Part shown: positions 29,684 through 38,894 of the stretch, piece after piece
Position numbering within the stretch: the stretch's first letter is position 1
How the letters are laid out: each line of letters opens with the position of its first letter
IMG/VR virus record: IMGVR_UViG_3300036773_000146
Coordinates: 85,736 to 149,735 of that record
From: a virus
Strand: one strand, 5' to 3'
DNA: 64,000 bases
Position numbers and translations under genes: made by a program
The notes under the pieces: generated by a model
The model's database searches: none
Told to the model about the DNA's origin: nothing
What the model saw: the letters and a program-made list of their open reading frames with translations, nothing else

Positions 29684-32335
29684 TCAGCCTCCCGGGATGG
29701 ACGAGTTCACGGTGGATGAGCCGGACTTCGACGTGCTGTCCAGCCGGGTGACGTTGTATTTCTTCCCGCCGAGGGGCAGCAGGCCGAATACGTCGTTGTC
29801 CTGCTGGGTGATGCGGCTGGGCGCGACCACCGACACCGAAGTTCGGAAGAAGCCGTCCTTGCCCATCTGGAACGAGTGCTCGACCTGAGTGATGTAGGCC
29901 TGGAAGTTGAATTCCGGCAGCCGCACGATCATGCCGGGCCACGCCTCGGGCATCCAGGTCATCGGAATGGATGCCGAGAACTGGTTGGCCCACTTGCGCA
30001 TGAACAGGAACAGGGCCATGAAGAACTCCGGCATGCCCTGCTTCACCGTGGGGATGGTAACCATGTTCGGCCGGGCACCGAACCGGCCGAGGAAGCTGTC
30101 CAGGAACTCCTGGGTGGCGTCCTGGCCGAAAATGGCCCGGAAGATCTGCGGGAACTCCATGGTGGCGATGCCGCTGGTGGTCAGCTGCCAGGCCAGTCCG
30201 CTGGCGCCGTCGTCGCCGAGCGGGGAGGTCGCGCCGGACTGGTCGATGGCCACTGTCAGGGGCGTGCCGACCACGTACTGGTGGGTAACTGTCTGGAGGT
30301 CCGACCAGGTGACGGTGAAGTCCATCAGCTCGATCGGGTGCACGTCGAGCTTGGCCGTGATGCCCCACAGGTCGAAGTAGTCGGGGAACCAGGCCATGAA
30401 GTCGCCGTTGGGTGCGCTGCACCAGGACCGCATGGACGCGCCCATCAGATTGGCGATGAACGGCAGGATCGGCTGGTCGTTCATCAGGGCCCGGGGCCCG
30501 GCCAGCGCGATGGACTGCACGTTGGGGACGTAGCCCCAGGTGTAGATGTTGATCAATGAGTTGAACACGTCCTGCGAGCTGACGCCCGTGCCGCTGCCGC
30601 CGGTGCCCTGGGCCGCGTCGACCGGGCTGCCGGTGCCGAACTCGTTCGGGTCGGTGACGTTGGCGCTGTAGCCCAGCTTGCTCTGGATCAGCTGGGCGGC
30701 CGCCGGGGTGGTGGCCGCATCCGAGTAGTTGATGCCCGGCAGCAGGCCGCCGCCATCGAAGCTGTTCCCGGCCGCCGAGACATTCACCTGGTTGGCCAGC
30801 GGCACGCCGTCGGTGTGCGCGGCGGCAGTGCTGCCGTTGCCCAGGGAAACCTCGACGTGGCCGGTGCCGATGAAAAGCATGGCGCCCTTGATCAGCTTGG
30901 CCGTGGTCGCGTCGATGGCCACACACTTCTGCCGGATCATGGCAGCCGTCGAGCGGGGGGAGTTCAGCGGCCGCCCGGCCGCGCGGTAGTAGGCCACGTC
31001 CACGAACGAGCTGCAATCGAGCGTGGTCGGGTCCGGGCTGTTGTAGGGATCGTCGCCGCCCTCGCGGTAGCGGATGTGGCCCGGCGGGTGCGAGACGATC
31101 AAGTTGTAGGCCTGCGCGGCCACGTTGCGGCCCGTGGCTCCCTGCGGCTTGCCCACGTTGGTGGCAGTACCGACGCTCGGTGTGCCACCCGCGCCGCCGA
31201 CCACGTTGGTGGCTCCGCTCGTCGCGGCGGCCTGGATGGCGGCCACCATGGCCTCGGCCGGAGCTTCTTGCTGAGCGTATTTGTTCGGGAAGGCGCTGCG
31301 CTGCACGGCCTGGCAGGTGAGCCCGAAGTCGCCGGTCTGGTAGTTCGGCACCTTCACCAGTGCGTCGAAGAACTTCCCCGCCGCGTACTGCGGGTCTTGC
31401 AGCTGCGCGGGGGTGCCCCAGCCCTGGCTCGGCCGCTGCTGGAACAGGCCGACCGAGTCCCGGTCTCCGCTGGGGAGGTTGCGCAGGCCCGCCTCCACGA
31501 TCGCCGTGGCGATGCCCTGCGCGGCGGCGCGACCGGCGAGAGCACGCCCGGCCGCCACGGAGTAGATGATGGCCGCGTTGCTGGCCTGCTCGGCATTGAC
31601 CTGGTAGCCCGCGTAGGTGCCGGGCGCGAGGTTGCCCACGACCAGCGGGCCGCCGGAAGTGCCGGTGCCGCCGGACATGCCGCTGCCCATCGAGCCGATC
31701 AAGTTCGAGTAGTCCGACGCCTTGATGATCTCGTCACCGACGTCGGTGGCGAACTGGAACCAGTCGTTCGGAATGGCGCCGATGTGCACCTTGGATGCGG
31801 GCCAGCCGACGACCTTGTCCAGGATCGCCAGGGTCAGGTCGCGCATGCCGCCATCGCCGGAGGTCTGGCCCGCGTTGGTGCTCGGCTGCGCGGCTTCCCC
31901 GCTGGGCGTGGTCGGCGTGCCGGAGGTACCGGAGATCTGCGCGCCCATCTGGTTGATCAGGGCGGCGGAGTCGGCGGCGCCGGAGTCCCAGTACCAGTAC
32001 TGCAAGCGCTTCATCGTGCACGAGGCCGAGAGGGTCAGCACACGCGGCCAGACCGAGTAGACGGGCCCCACGTTCATGTACCCGGAGAAGACCCGCATCG
32101 GTGCGCCGATGCGCTGCATGGACACGATGATCCGGTCCATCGGCTTGATCTTGCCGTCGTACCGACGCTGGGGATTTTGCAAGTTGAACTGGAAGGTGTG
32201 CACGCCCTCGGTGCGCAGAATCATGTCGCCGCTGGCGAGGTCCTCGGAGATGTCGATGACCTGCTGATTCTGGCCATTGGCATCACTGATGGAGATCAGC
32301 GCGGTCACCCGGGGCTGGTAGATCAATGTGGACAC
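29684..32335 (-). CDS. Baseplate hub / tail lysin with lysozyme-like and NlpC/P60 domains
   Basis: ATAIVEAGLRNL..GDRDSVGLFQQRPSQGWG (lysozyme-like); LDCSSFV...GHVEVSLG (NlpC/P60); hub-like flanks. Confidence 0.85.
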   Translation of the reverse strand: MSTLIYQPRVTALISISDANGQNQQVIDISEDLASGDMILRTEGVHTFQFNLQNPQRRYDGKIKPMDRIIVSMQRIGAPMRVFSGYMNVGPVYSVWPRVLTLSASCTMKRLQYWYWDSGAADSAALINQMGAQISGTSGTPTTPSGEAAQPSTNAGQTSGDGGMRDLTLAILDKVVGWPASKVHIGAIPNDWFQFATDVGDEIIKASDYSNLIGSMGSGMSGGTGTSGGPLVVGNLAPGTYAGYQVNAEQASNAAIIYSVAAGRALAGRAAAQGIATAIVEAGLRNLPSGDRDSVGLFQQRPSQGWGTPAQLQDPQYAAGKFFDALVKVPNYQTGDFGLTCQAVQRSAFPNKYAQQEAPAEAMVAAIQAAATSGATNVVGGAGGTPSVGTATNVGKPQGATGRNVAAQAYNLIVSHPPGHIRYREGGDDPYNSPDPTTLDCSSFVDVAYYRAAGRPLNSPRSTAAMIRQKCVAIDATTAKLIKGAMLFIGTGHVEVSLGNGSTAAAHTDGVPLANQVNVSAAGNSFDGGGLLPGINYSDAATTPAAAQLIQSKLGYSANVTDPNEFGTGSPVDAAQGTGGSGTGVSSQDVFNSLINIYTWGYVPNVQSIALAGPRALMNDQPILPFIANLMGASMRSWCSAPNGDFMAWFPDYFDLWGITAKLDVHPIELMDFTVTWSDLQTVTHQYVVGTPLTVAIDQSGATSPLGDDGASGLAWQLTTSGIATMEFPQIFRAIFGQDATQEFLDSFLGRFGARPNMVTIPTVKQGMPEFFMALFLFMRKWANQFSASIPMTWMPEAWPGMIVRLPEFNFQAYITQVEHSFQMGKDGFFRTSVSVVAPSRITQQDNDVFGLLPLGGKKYNVTRLDSTSKSGSSTVNSSIPGG

Positions 32336-32354
32336 TGCGTGCTCACCTCCTCAC

Positions 32355-32984
32355 TTATTGTGGCTGATGCAGGTTGGGGTTGTAGGTGGTCACCGGCTGG
32401 TTCGGGTTCGGTGCGGGCGCCGGAACGGGCAGGGGTGCCGAGTCGTAGAAGCTGTTCGCCGTGGCGTTCGGGTCATTGACCGAGGCGCTGACCGGGTAGA
32501 AGAACTTCGCCGCGTCGTCGGCCGGGGTCGAGCCCAGGTCCACGGAAGACGTGGTCGGGGTGGAGGTGTCCAGCGGGTCGGTGACCGACTCGAAGACGAT
32601 CTGCGGCAGGAACAGGTTCGAGCCGGTCTGGTCCATGTCCATCACTCCGCCGGTCGGCACACCCTGGCGGAGAAAGTTGCGCGAGGGAACCTGCACGGTC
32701 ATCGAGACCGAGCCCGCGCCGACCACGGAGTTCATGTAGCCGATCAGCCACTGCACGACCATCTGGTACTGCGTGTACCCGGCCAGCTCCAGGGTGATCG
32801 AAAACGGATCGACGGCGCGCTGGTGCGGGTAGAAGGCCCGGTGCCGACGGCCGGTGGACTCGCTGGCGATGACCGTGAAGCCGTGCTGGATGCCCCGGCA
32901 GCGCAGTTTGAGCGCGTACGGCGTCCCGGCGCGCGCGTAGGACAGCGTGCAGTTGGTGACGCCCGGCAGGGCCGTGGTGGGCAT
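32355..32984 (-). CDS. Tail/baseplate protein
   Basis: Position between tape measure and hub; high GC3. Confidence 0.6.
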   Translation of the reverse strand: MPTTALPGVTNCTLSYARAGTPYALKLRCRGIQHGFTVIASESTGRRHRAFYPHQRAVDPFSITLELAGYTQYQMVVQWLIGYMNSVVGAGSVSMTVQVPSRNFLRQGVPTGGVMDMDQTGSNLFLPQIVFESVTDPLDTSTPTTSSVDLGSTPADDAAKFFYPVSASVNDPNATANSFYDSAPLPVPAPAPNPNQPVTTYNPNLHQPQ

Positions 32985-32985
32985 G

Positions 32986-33186
32986 TCAGTCCCGCTCCGG
33001 CACATCGAGCGGCGCGTGGGTGGGGAACAGGAACGTCTCCACGTCGCTCGTGGTGAGGTCGTGCACGAGCCCGAAGCGGCCGAAGGCGAAGCCACCTCCG
33101 GCGGTGCGCACCGGCTCCTCGGCGGGCGGGATGGGCATCGAGACGGGCACGTCGGTGCCCCATGAGACATTCGTGCTGCTGGCCAT
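32986..33186 (-). CDS. Small hypothetical protein
   Basis: MASSTNVSWG...; fills the gap in the operon; GGAAGGTGG upstream. Confidence 0.5.
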   Translation of the reverse strand: MASSTNVSWGTDVPVSMPIPPAEEPVRTAGGGFAFGRFGLVHDLTTSDVETFLFPTHAPLDVPERD

Positions 33187-33188
33187 GA

Positions 33189-33875
33189 TCAACCACCTTC
33201 CACGTTGCCGGACGCTGCGGTTGTGAACTGGGCCAGTACGTAGCTGTGGATGTCCGAGAAACCCTTGGAACTCAAGTACTTTTGCAGGTCGTCGATGGTC
33301 ATGTCGCCGTTGTAGGTGGTCCGCTTCCAGCCCAGACCGGTGGACAGCCGGTCGATGAAGGAGTTCTGGGCGACGGTTTGCAGCTTGCCGGTGTTCTCCT
33401 GGACCACGAACAGCGTCAGCGTGTAGCCGTAGGAGTACTTGCCGGTGGTGTGTTCCATGGTCGCGGAGGCGGTCACGTCGCGCAGGGACTTGATGTAGAC
33501 GTTGAAGTCCCAGTTGTGCACCGGGAGCCCGCGCCGGGTCGGGCTGGCGGAATCCTGGTAGGTGAAGCGGAATGTGGGGTGCATCGGGGTCGGGTCGCTG
33601 CCGTTGAGCTGGGCCATGGTCGGGCGCGCCGACTGCACGTCGATCATCCGGCCGATCGAGGTGGCGAAGTCCTCGGCCAGCTGCCAGGACTCCTTCTTGT
33701 TCGCCCGGTCCTGGCCGAACAGGCCCCGGATGGTCAGGTCGCCCCACGTCATGCCGTGCACCTGCACGACCCGGCCGCCGACGGTGGGCGTGGTCGCGAC
33801 GTTCATCGAGTAGTCGATGGCGACCTGGGACGGGTCGATGCGGAAGGTCAGGCCGCCCAGGTTGGCGCTGCCCAT
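33189..33875 (-). CDS. Tail tube initiator-like protein
   Basis: FRIDPSQV...TPTVGGRVVQ; directly after the tape measure. Confidence 0.55.
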   Translation of the reverse strand: MGSANLGGLTFRIDPSQVAIDYSMNVATTPTVGGRVVQVHGMTWGDLTIRGLFGQDRANKKESWQLAEDFATSIGRMIDVQSARPTMAQLNGSDPTPMHPTFRFTYQDSASPTRRGLPVHNWDFNVYIKSLRDVTASATMEHTTGKYSYGYTLTLFVVQENTGKLQTVAQNSFIDRLSTGLGWKRTTYNGDMTIDDLQKYLSSKGFSDIHSYVLAQFTTAASGNVEGG

Positions 33876-36382
33876 TACTTCGGTCCGGTGGACTGGTCGG
33901 CGGGCACTCCGGCCGAGGCCGAGCTGTTCAGCGAGACTGCGCCCGAGGTGGAGAAGGTGAACAGCTTCTGCGCCTCGGGGGAGAGCGACACGCTGATCGT
34001 GCCGCCGGTGCCGGATGAGGCCGCGTTGTTGTCGGCCTGGCTGCCGCCCTGGCCGGTGTCGGTGTTGGTCGCGCCGATCTCACCGGCCACCGTGCCGTAG
34101 TCCGAGCCGGACCAGCTGCTGGACGTGGAGGTGACCTTCGTGCCCGCGACGGTCCCGGCGATCGAGCCGACGCTCTGGCCGTTGAGGTCACCATTGGAGG
34201 AGACGATCTGGGCGGTGCCCGAGGACAGCTGGTCGGAGAAATTCTGGATGGCCTCGCCGAAGGTGACGGCCTTGTCGCCGTCCTTCGTCTTGACCTTGAA
34301 ACGGATGTTCGGGTCGTTGCCGTACTGGTTCAGCAGTTTCTCGATGACCGGATTGTTCTTCTTGTTGTTTTTCTCGTACGTGTTGTAGTACGTCGCGTTC
34401 GTCTGCCTCGTCACGGCCGCGTCACTCTGACTGCCGCCGAACAGGTTCGACCAGAAACCGGCGGCGCTGTAGTCCTTCTCGCCCTGCTGCTTCATATTCC
34501 AGGCGTAGTTGGAGAAGCCGACGCCCTTCACGCCGCCGTCGTTGATGTCCGGCGCCTTCTTGGACTGGAACTCCTGCTGGCCGACGGCCTGCGGCTTGTT
34601 CGCGGCGGTCATGTTGGCCGCCTGGCTGGAGAGGTTGTTCCCGGCGCCCTGGTTGGCGATCCAGGCGGCGATCTGGTCGTCGGAGGCGTTGGCCATGCCG
34701 GGGTCGACGTACTGCATCATGGCGCGCACGGCGGTGACGTTGTAGCCGCCGGTCTGCATCAGCTGGCGGCCGACCTCCATCTGGAGGCCCGGGCTCTTGG
34801 AGACGGCCGCGCCGCCACCGTTCTGCTGGATGAGCTGGCTCAGCGAGCCCATGGTGCCGCTACCCAGGTAGGACTGCATCATCTTCTGGGTGGTCGCGCC
34901 GAGGGCGCCGGTCATCAGTGCCGGGTTGCCCTGCGAGCCCGCCTCCAGCTGCCCGGGCGTCATCCCTTGCTGGCTGGCGGCCATGTAGAGCATGGCCGGG
35001 TTGTTCAGCGCGCTGAGCTGGTTGGAGGACGTGGTGGCCCGTCCGCCCGCCGCCGCGACGTTGGTGGCGGCACTGGCGATCTGGCCCGCTCCCTGGCCCA
35101 TGCCCGACTGCAAGGCCTGGGCGTAGTTCTGGGTGAAGGCCGCCTGGACCGACTGCGCGCTCAGCCCCGTCTGCTGAGCGGCCTTGGTGACGTTCTGCAA
35201 CTGAGTGGCCAGGCCCGCGAGACTGCCCTGCGCGTGCTGGGCGCTCAAGGTGATCAGCTGCATGGACTGCTGCTGATTCATCCCGAGGCTCTGGTAGTTG
35301 CCGGTGGCGAAGTTCAGTGCGCCGGAACGTCGGTCACCCGTATAACCCAGGGCCGAGACGCCCTGGAACAAGGCCCGGGAGTCGGCATCATTCATGCCGC
35401 CGCCGGTGAAGCGCTGGCCGAGCGAGAAGCCCTCTTCGGCCATCCGGTTGCCCAGGCCCGTGGTCGAATTCGAGTCGCCGCCGGAGAAGAACTGGCCGAG
35501 GTCGCCGAACAGGCCCGGCACGTCGGTCTCGCTGGCCATGCCGGTGTTGCCGCCGCCGTAGATGCTCTGGTAGGGCGCGTTGGCCGCGCGCTGGTCGGTC
35601 AGCCACGTGGCTGCCTTGTTGACCGACTCCCCCGCCGCGATCGCCGCACCCACGTACGGCACACGGCTCAGGGCCGAGCCGACACCGCCCTGCGCGAGAC
35701 CTCCGGCGATGTTGGTCACGGCGGCCGCCTTCCGCAGCCTGCCGGGGTTGGTGGCGCCCTTGGGCAGACCCGCCGTGCCGTGCGTGTTGGCCAGGTAGTT
35801 CGCCGCGCCCGCGCGCATGCGCTGACCGAGACTGCCGTAGGACTGGTAGCTGCCGTTCTGGGGGTTGTAGCCCATGCCACCGTGGCCGCCGCCACCATGA
35901 CCACCCGAGCCGCCGCCGGTGCCGCCGCCTCCGAGCCCGCCGTTCATCGTGAGGACCTGGATGAGCTGGGTCATCTGGTCACGGTCCTGCTGGCGTTGCT
36001 GGGCGAACTGGCCGCTCATCTGCGTCATCATGGTTGCGCTGGAGGACTGAAGATCACGGATCATCGCCGCCGTGGCCTTCATCTCCTGGGTGATGTCGTG
36101 GGCCGCCTGAGTCATGGCCTTCTGGCTCTGGATGATCGCGTCGAACTGGTTCTTGCCGCCCGCCTGGCCGCCGCCGGACTGCCCTCCGCCGACGAAGTTC
36201 TTGAGCTGCTCGAAGAAGTCGTCACCGACGATCTGGACCTTCTGGATCTTGCCCGGGTCCGGGGTGCCGCCCTGCGGGTTGTTGAAGGGGATCTTGCCCG
36301 CCGCGATCATCTCGTCCTGCGTCGGGCGCCGCTTGTCCGAGCCGTCGCTGGAATCGCCCTGGGACCGGTTCTTCTTCGGCAT
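33875..36382 (-). CDS. Tape measure protein
   Basis: 835 aa rich in Ala/Gly/Gln/Met, helical; follows the frameshifted chaperones. Confidence 0.8.
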   Translation of the reverse strand: MPKKNRSQGDSSDGSDKRRPTQDEMIAAGKIPFNNPQGGTPDPGKIQKVQIVGDDFFEQLKNFVGGGQSGGGQAGGKNQFDAIIQSQKAMTQAAHDITQEMKATAAMIRDLQSSSATMMTQMSGQFAQQRQQDRDQMTQLIQVLTMNGGLGGGGTGGGSGGHGGGGHGGMGYNPQNGSYQSYGSLGQRMRAGAANYLANTHGTAGLPKGATNPGRLRKAAAVTNIAGGLAQGGVGSALSRVPYVGAAIAAGESVNKAATWLTDQRAANAPYQSIYGGGNTGMASETDVPGLFGDLGQFFSGGDSNSTTGLGNRMAEEGFSLGQRFTGGGMNDADSRALFQGVSALGYTGDRRSGALNFATGNYQSLGMNQQQSMQLITLSAQHAQGSLAGLATQLQNVTKAAQQTGLSAQSVQAAFTQNYAQALQSGMGQGAGQIASAATNVAAAGGRATTSSNQLSALNNPAMLYMAASQQGMTPGQLEAGSQGNPALMTGALGATTQKMMQSYLGSGTMGSLSQLIQQNGGGAAVSKSPGLQMEVGRQLMQTGGYNVTAVRAMMQYVDPGMANASDDQIAAWIANQGAGNNLSSQAANMTAANKPQAVGQQEFQSKKAPDINDGGVKGVGFSNYAWNMKQQGEKDYSAAGFWSNLFGGSQSDAAVTRQTNATYYNTYEKNNKKNNPVIEKLLNQYGNDPNIRFKVKTKDGDKAVTFGEAIQNFSDQLSSGTAQIVSSNGDLNGQSVGSIAGTVAGTKVTSTSSSWSGSDYGTVAGEIGATNTDTGQGGSQADNNAASSGTGGTISVSLSPEAQKLFTFSTSGAVSLNSSASAGVPADQSTGPK

Positions 36383-36838
36383 CTACATCCACCCCCCGTC
36401 GTCGGCGTGCAGGTCGGTACCACTCAGTGACCCGGAGGTCAGGCCGCCGATCTGCTGCATGAGCTGCTCGTACTCCTCGATCGCCTCGCTGCCCTTGAAG
36501 TCCACGCCCGAGTAGTCCACGCCGAGCTTGCCCTCCTCGGTTTCCACGTCGAGCGACCCGACGGCGTCGGCATCCACGTGTTCACTCGTTGGGGCGGCGA
36601 TCCGGTCCGGCAACAGGTCCCAGGGCACCCAGACCGGGTCGTTACGGGAGACCAGCGCGAGCTTGACCTGCTCGGTCATCCGCTTGCCGGACTCCAGATC
36701 CTCGGCCCACTGCAAGATCTGGGTGGCCTTGAACTGGACATGGCTCAGCCCGGCGCCGGTGAGCAGGCCCTGGCGTTGGGCCAACCGCAACTCCCCGAGC
36801 ATCGTCGGGTCGATCTCGGTCAGCCCGACGCTTTTCCC
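36383..36838 (-). CDS. Tail assembly chaperone, -1 frameshift extension
   Basis: Frame reached by -1 slip at G GGA AAA (GKSVGLTEIDPTMLGELRL...); ends at the tape measure start. Confidence 0.75.
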   Translation of the reverse strand, partial: GKSVGLTEIDPTMLGELRLAQRQGLLTGAGLSHVQFKATQILQWAEDLESGKRMTEQVKLALVSRNDPVWVPWDLLPDRIAAPTSEHVDADAVGSLDVETEEGKLGVDYSGVDFKGSEAIEEYEQLMQQIGGLTSGSLSGTDLHADDGGWM

Positions 36839-37371
36839 ATGTCGTCCAGCACCTCGTCGACCTTGCCCTCCAGCGTGAGGACCTTGTCGAACAGGGCCTC
36901 GACCACGGGTCGGCGCAAGTTGGCCTGGACCCAGGTGAACCGGCCGGGCAGGCCCGAGTCCTTCGGCCCGATGGGCAGCGGCAGCGGCAGGTCGTCCACC
37001 TGGCGCAGGTAGGCGGCCACCAGCATGGCCTGGTAGGCGATCTGGCCGGTCGGAGTGCCCTGGTACGGCGCCAGCAGCGGCCCCATCTCCAGCCGCTCGC
37101 CGGTGGTCGGGGTGACAATCTCGAAGGAGTGGCCGAACAGCACCAGCTGTTCGGTGAGGTGCCCGACCCAGAGCAGGCCGGTGAACACGTCGCGATGCCG
37201 AGGATCGAACTCCAGGACACCCTCCACGGACGGCGGCGCGGCCGGTTCCGGGGGCTGTGCGGCCTCCTGGGCGGCCGGGTGCTCCTGCCGGGTCTCCTCG
37301 GCCGGTGGCGGCGTCGGAGGCAGCTGAGCGAGCGCCTGGGCGGCCGCGTCGTCGGCGAAGAACTCCGTCAT
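36820..37371 (-). CDS. Tail assembly chaperone
   Basis: MTEFFADD...DDMGKASG*; slippery GGGAAAA at 36832-36838. Confidence 0.8.
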   Translation of the reverse strand: MTEFFADDAAAQALAQLPPTPPPAEETRQEHPAAQEAAQPPEPAAPPSVEGVLEFDPRHRDVFTGLLWVGHLTEQLVLFGHSFEIVTPTTGERLEMGPLLAPYQGTPTGQIAYQAMLVAAYLRQVDDLPLPLPIGPKDSGLPGRFTWVQANLRRPVVEALFDKVLTLEGKVDEVLDDMGKASG

Positions 37372-37445
37372 GAAGGCTCCCTGGTCCTGGTGCTGAGTCG
37401 AGCCCGGCCCGCGCTGGCAGACCGGGCTCGATAATGATGATCTTG

Positions 37446-37934
37446 TCAGACGGCCGTCGAGTGCGTGTAGGCCACAACGATGCCCTTGGCCACGGCCAGG
37501 GCGCCGACGGTGATCGTGTCGTTGTCGGCGATGTCGACGACCACGCAGTTGTGGTAGACCTTCCCGCGCGGCCGGGAGCCGTCCGGCGGCTGGATGACCG
37601 TCTGGCAGGTCACGTAGGCCGGGTTGGCCGCCAGCGCGTCGTAGATGTCGACGATGTTCGTGGTGCCTTGCAGGCCCGAGAGCTGGTTCCAGATCGGGGC
37701 GTTCCACAGCTCGCGAATGGTCAGGTTGAGGGTGCCGCCCGCGAGTACACGGGACGTGGCGATCTCGACCGGGTGCCGCGAGCCGAGCGGGTGGATGAAC
37801 TGGTACGACTGACCGGCGTCGGAGAACGCGCGCTGGCCGCTGTCCTCGACTCCTTCCAGGAATGCGATAGGCTGTCCCTGGTACGAAAAAGTCGAGAAGC
37901 CTGAGCCGACGACCCTGACCTGCGTATTTGGCAT
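37446..37934 (-). CDS. Tail tube protein
   Basis: 162 aa, beta-rich; lies between sheath and chaperone. Confidence 0.75.
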   Translation of the reverse strand: MPNTQVRVVGSGFSTFSYQGQPIAFLEGVEDSGQRAFSDAGQSYQFIHPLGSRHPVEIATSRVLAGGTLNLTIRELWNAPIWNQLSGLQGTTNIVDIYDALAANPAYVTCQTVIQPPDGSRPRGKVYHNCVVVDIADNDTITVGALAVAKGIVVAYTHSTAV

Positions 37935-37993
37935 TGTCAGTGCCCTCTCTGTGTAGAGCCTACCACAGAAGAAAGCGTGGTAGCATGGCTTGC

Positions 37994-38887
37994 ATGGAAG
38001 AGAAAAAGCTCATCGAGCTGTGGCCAGCCATGCTGGCCTACGACAACCGGTTGACCATCGAGGCCGAGTTGCAGGCTGCCAAGGATGAACGAGAACGTGT
38101 CCTGAGAGACCTGGACAGCCGTATCGCAGGACTGACTGCCCAAAGGGACAGGCAAGAACGCATTGTCGCCCCACTGCACTCGCTGGGAGTTGCAGATGAG
38201 GAGATCAAGTTCTGGTCGCGAGTACGCATCCTCGGCGATGGAGACTCTTGTTGGGAGTTCACCGGTTCGACGAGAGACCGCAAGAACGAGAACTACGGGA
38301 ACATCCGCTTCCAGGGCAAAATCCAGTTGGCTCACCGAGTCGCGTTCCAACTCGCGCATCCCGGAGAGCCGATGCCCGCCGCCGTGATGCACTCCTGCGA
38401 CAACCCGCCTTGTTGCCGACCGGGACATCTGCGCGGAGGCACGCAAGCAGACAACGTCATCGACGCTGCCAGCAAGAAGCGGATGCGCGGGAAGGCAAAC
38501 CAGCGAGGAGAAGCCAACGACTGGGCTCGTCTGACCGATCAGATCGTCCTGGAAGGACGCCGCCGGTACCGTTTGGGAGAAAGTATCGGCCAGCTCGCCC
38601 AACACTTCGACGTACCCTTGGGGACACTCCAAGGGGCGCTCAACGGCAAGACGTGGACCCACCTCAATGCCATCGAGCCGCCTATCGAAGGCCGCCGTAG
38701 CGGAACCAGGTTCACCGAAGACGACATTCGAGCCATCCGGGCCGACTACGCCCGGAAGCTGGGAGAGAATCCGCCCAGGGGCCTGCATGGCCGACTCTGC
38801 GAGGAGATCGCGCGACGACACGGCGGCATGACTGCCGCCAACATCAACGCGATCGTCCGTCGCAAGTCGTGGGCACATGTCGAGTGA
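37994..38887 (+). CDS. HNH homing endonuclease (antisense insertion)
   Basis: CWEFTG...YG.I...LAHRVAF...VMHSCDNPPCCRPGHLRGGTQADN; two C-terminal HTH-like repeats (GKTWTHL, RKSWAHV); lower GC3. Confidence 0.88.
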   Translation: MEEKKLIELWPAMLAYDNRLTIEAELQAAKDERERVLRDLDSRIAGLTAQRDRQERIVAPLHSLGVADEEIKFWSRVRILGDGDSCWEFTGSTRDRKNENYGNIRFQGKIQLAHRVAFQLAHPGEPMPAAVMHSCDNPPCCRPGHLRGGTQADNVIDAASKKRMRGKANQRGEANDWARLTDQIVLEGRRRYRLGESIGQLAQHFDVPLGTLQGALNGKTWTHLNAIEPPIEGRRSGTRFTEDDIRAIRADYARKLGENPPRGLHGRLCEEIARRHGGMTAANINAIVRRKSWAHVE

Positions 38888-38894
38888 TCCCCGT

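Noticed and set aside
32350-32390. Additional late-motif copy before the hub gene (GCCACAATAAGTGAG)
   Set aside because: The downstream half matches but there is no CTGT at the 22-nt spacing, so it was left out of the count.
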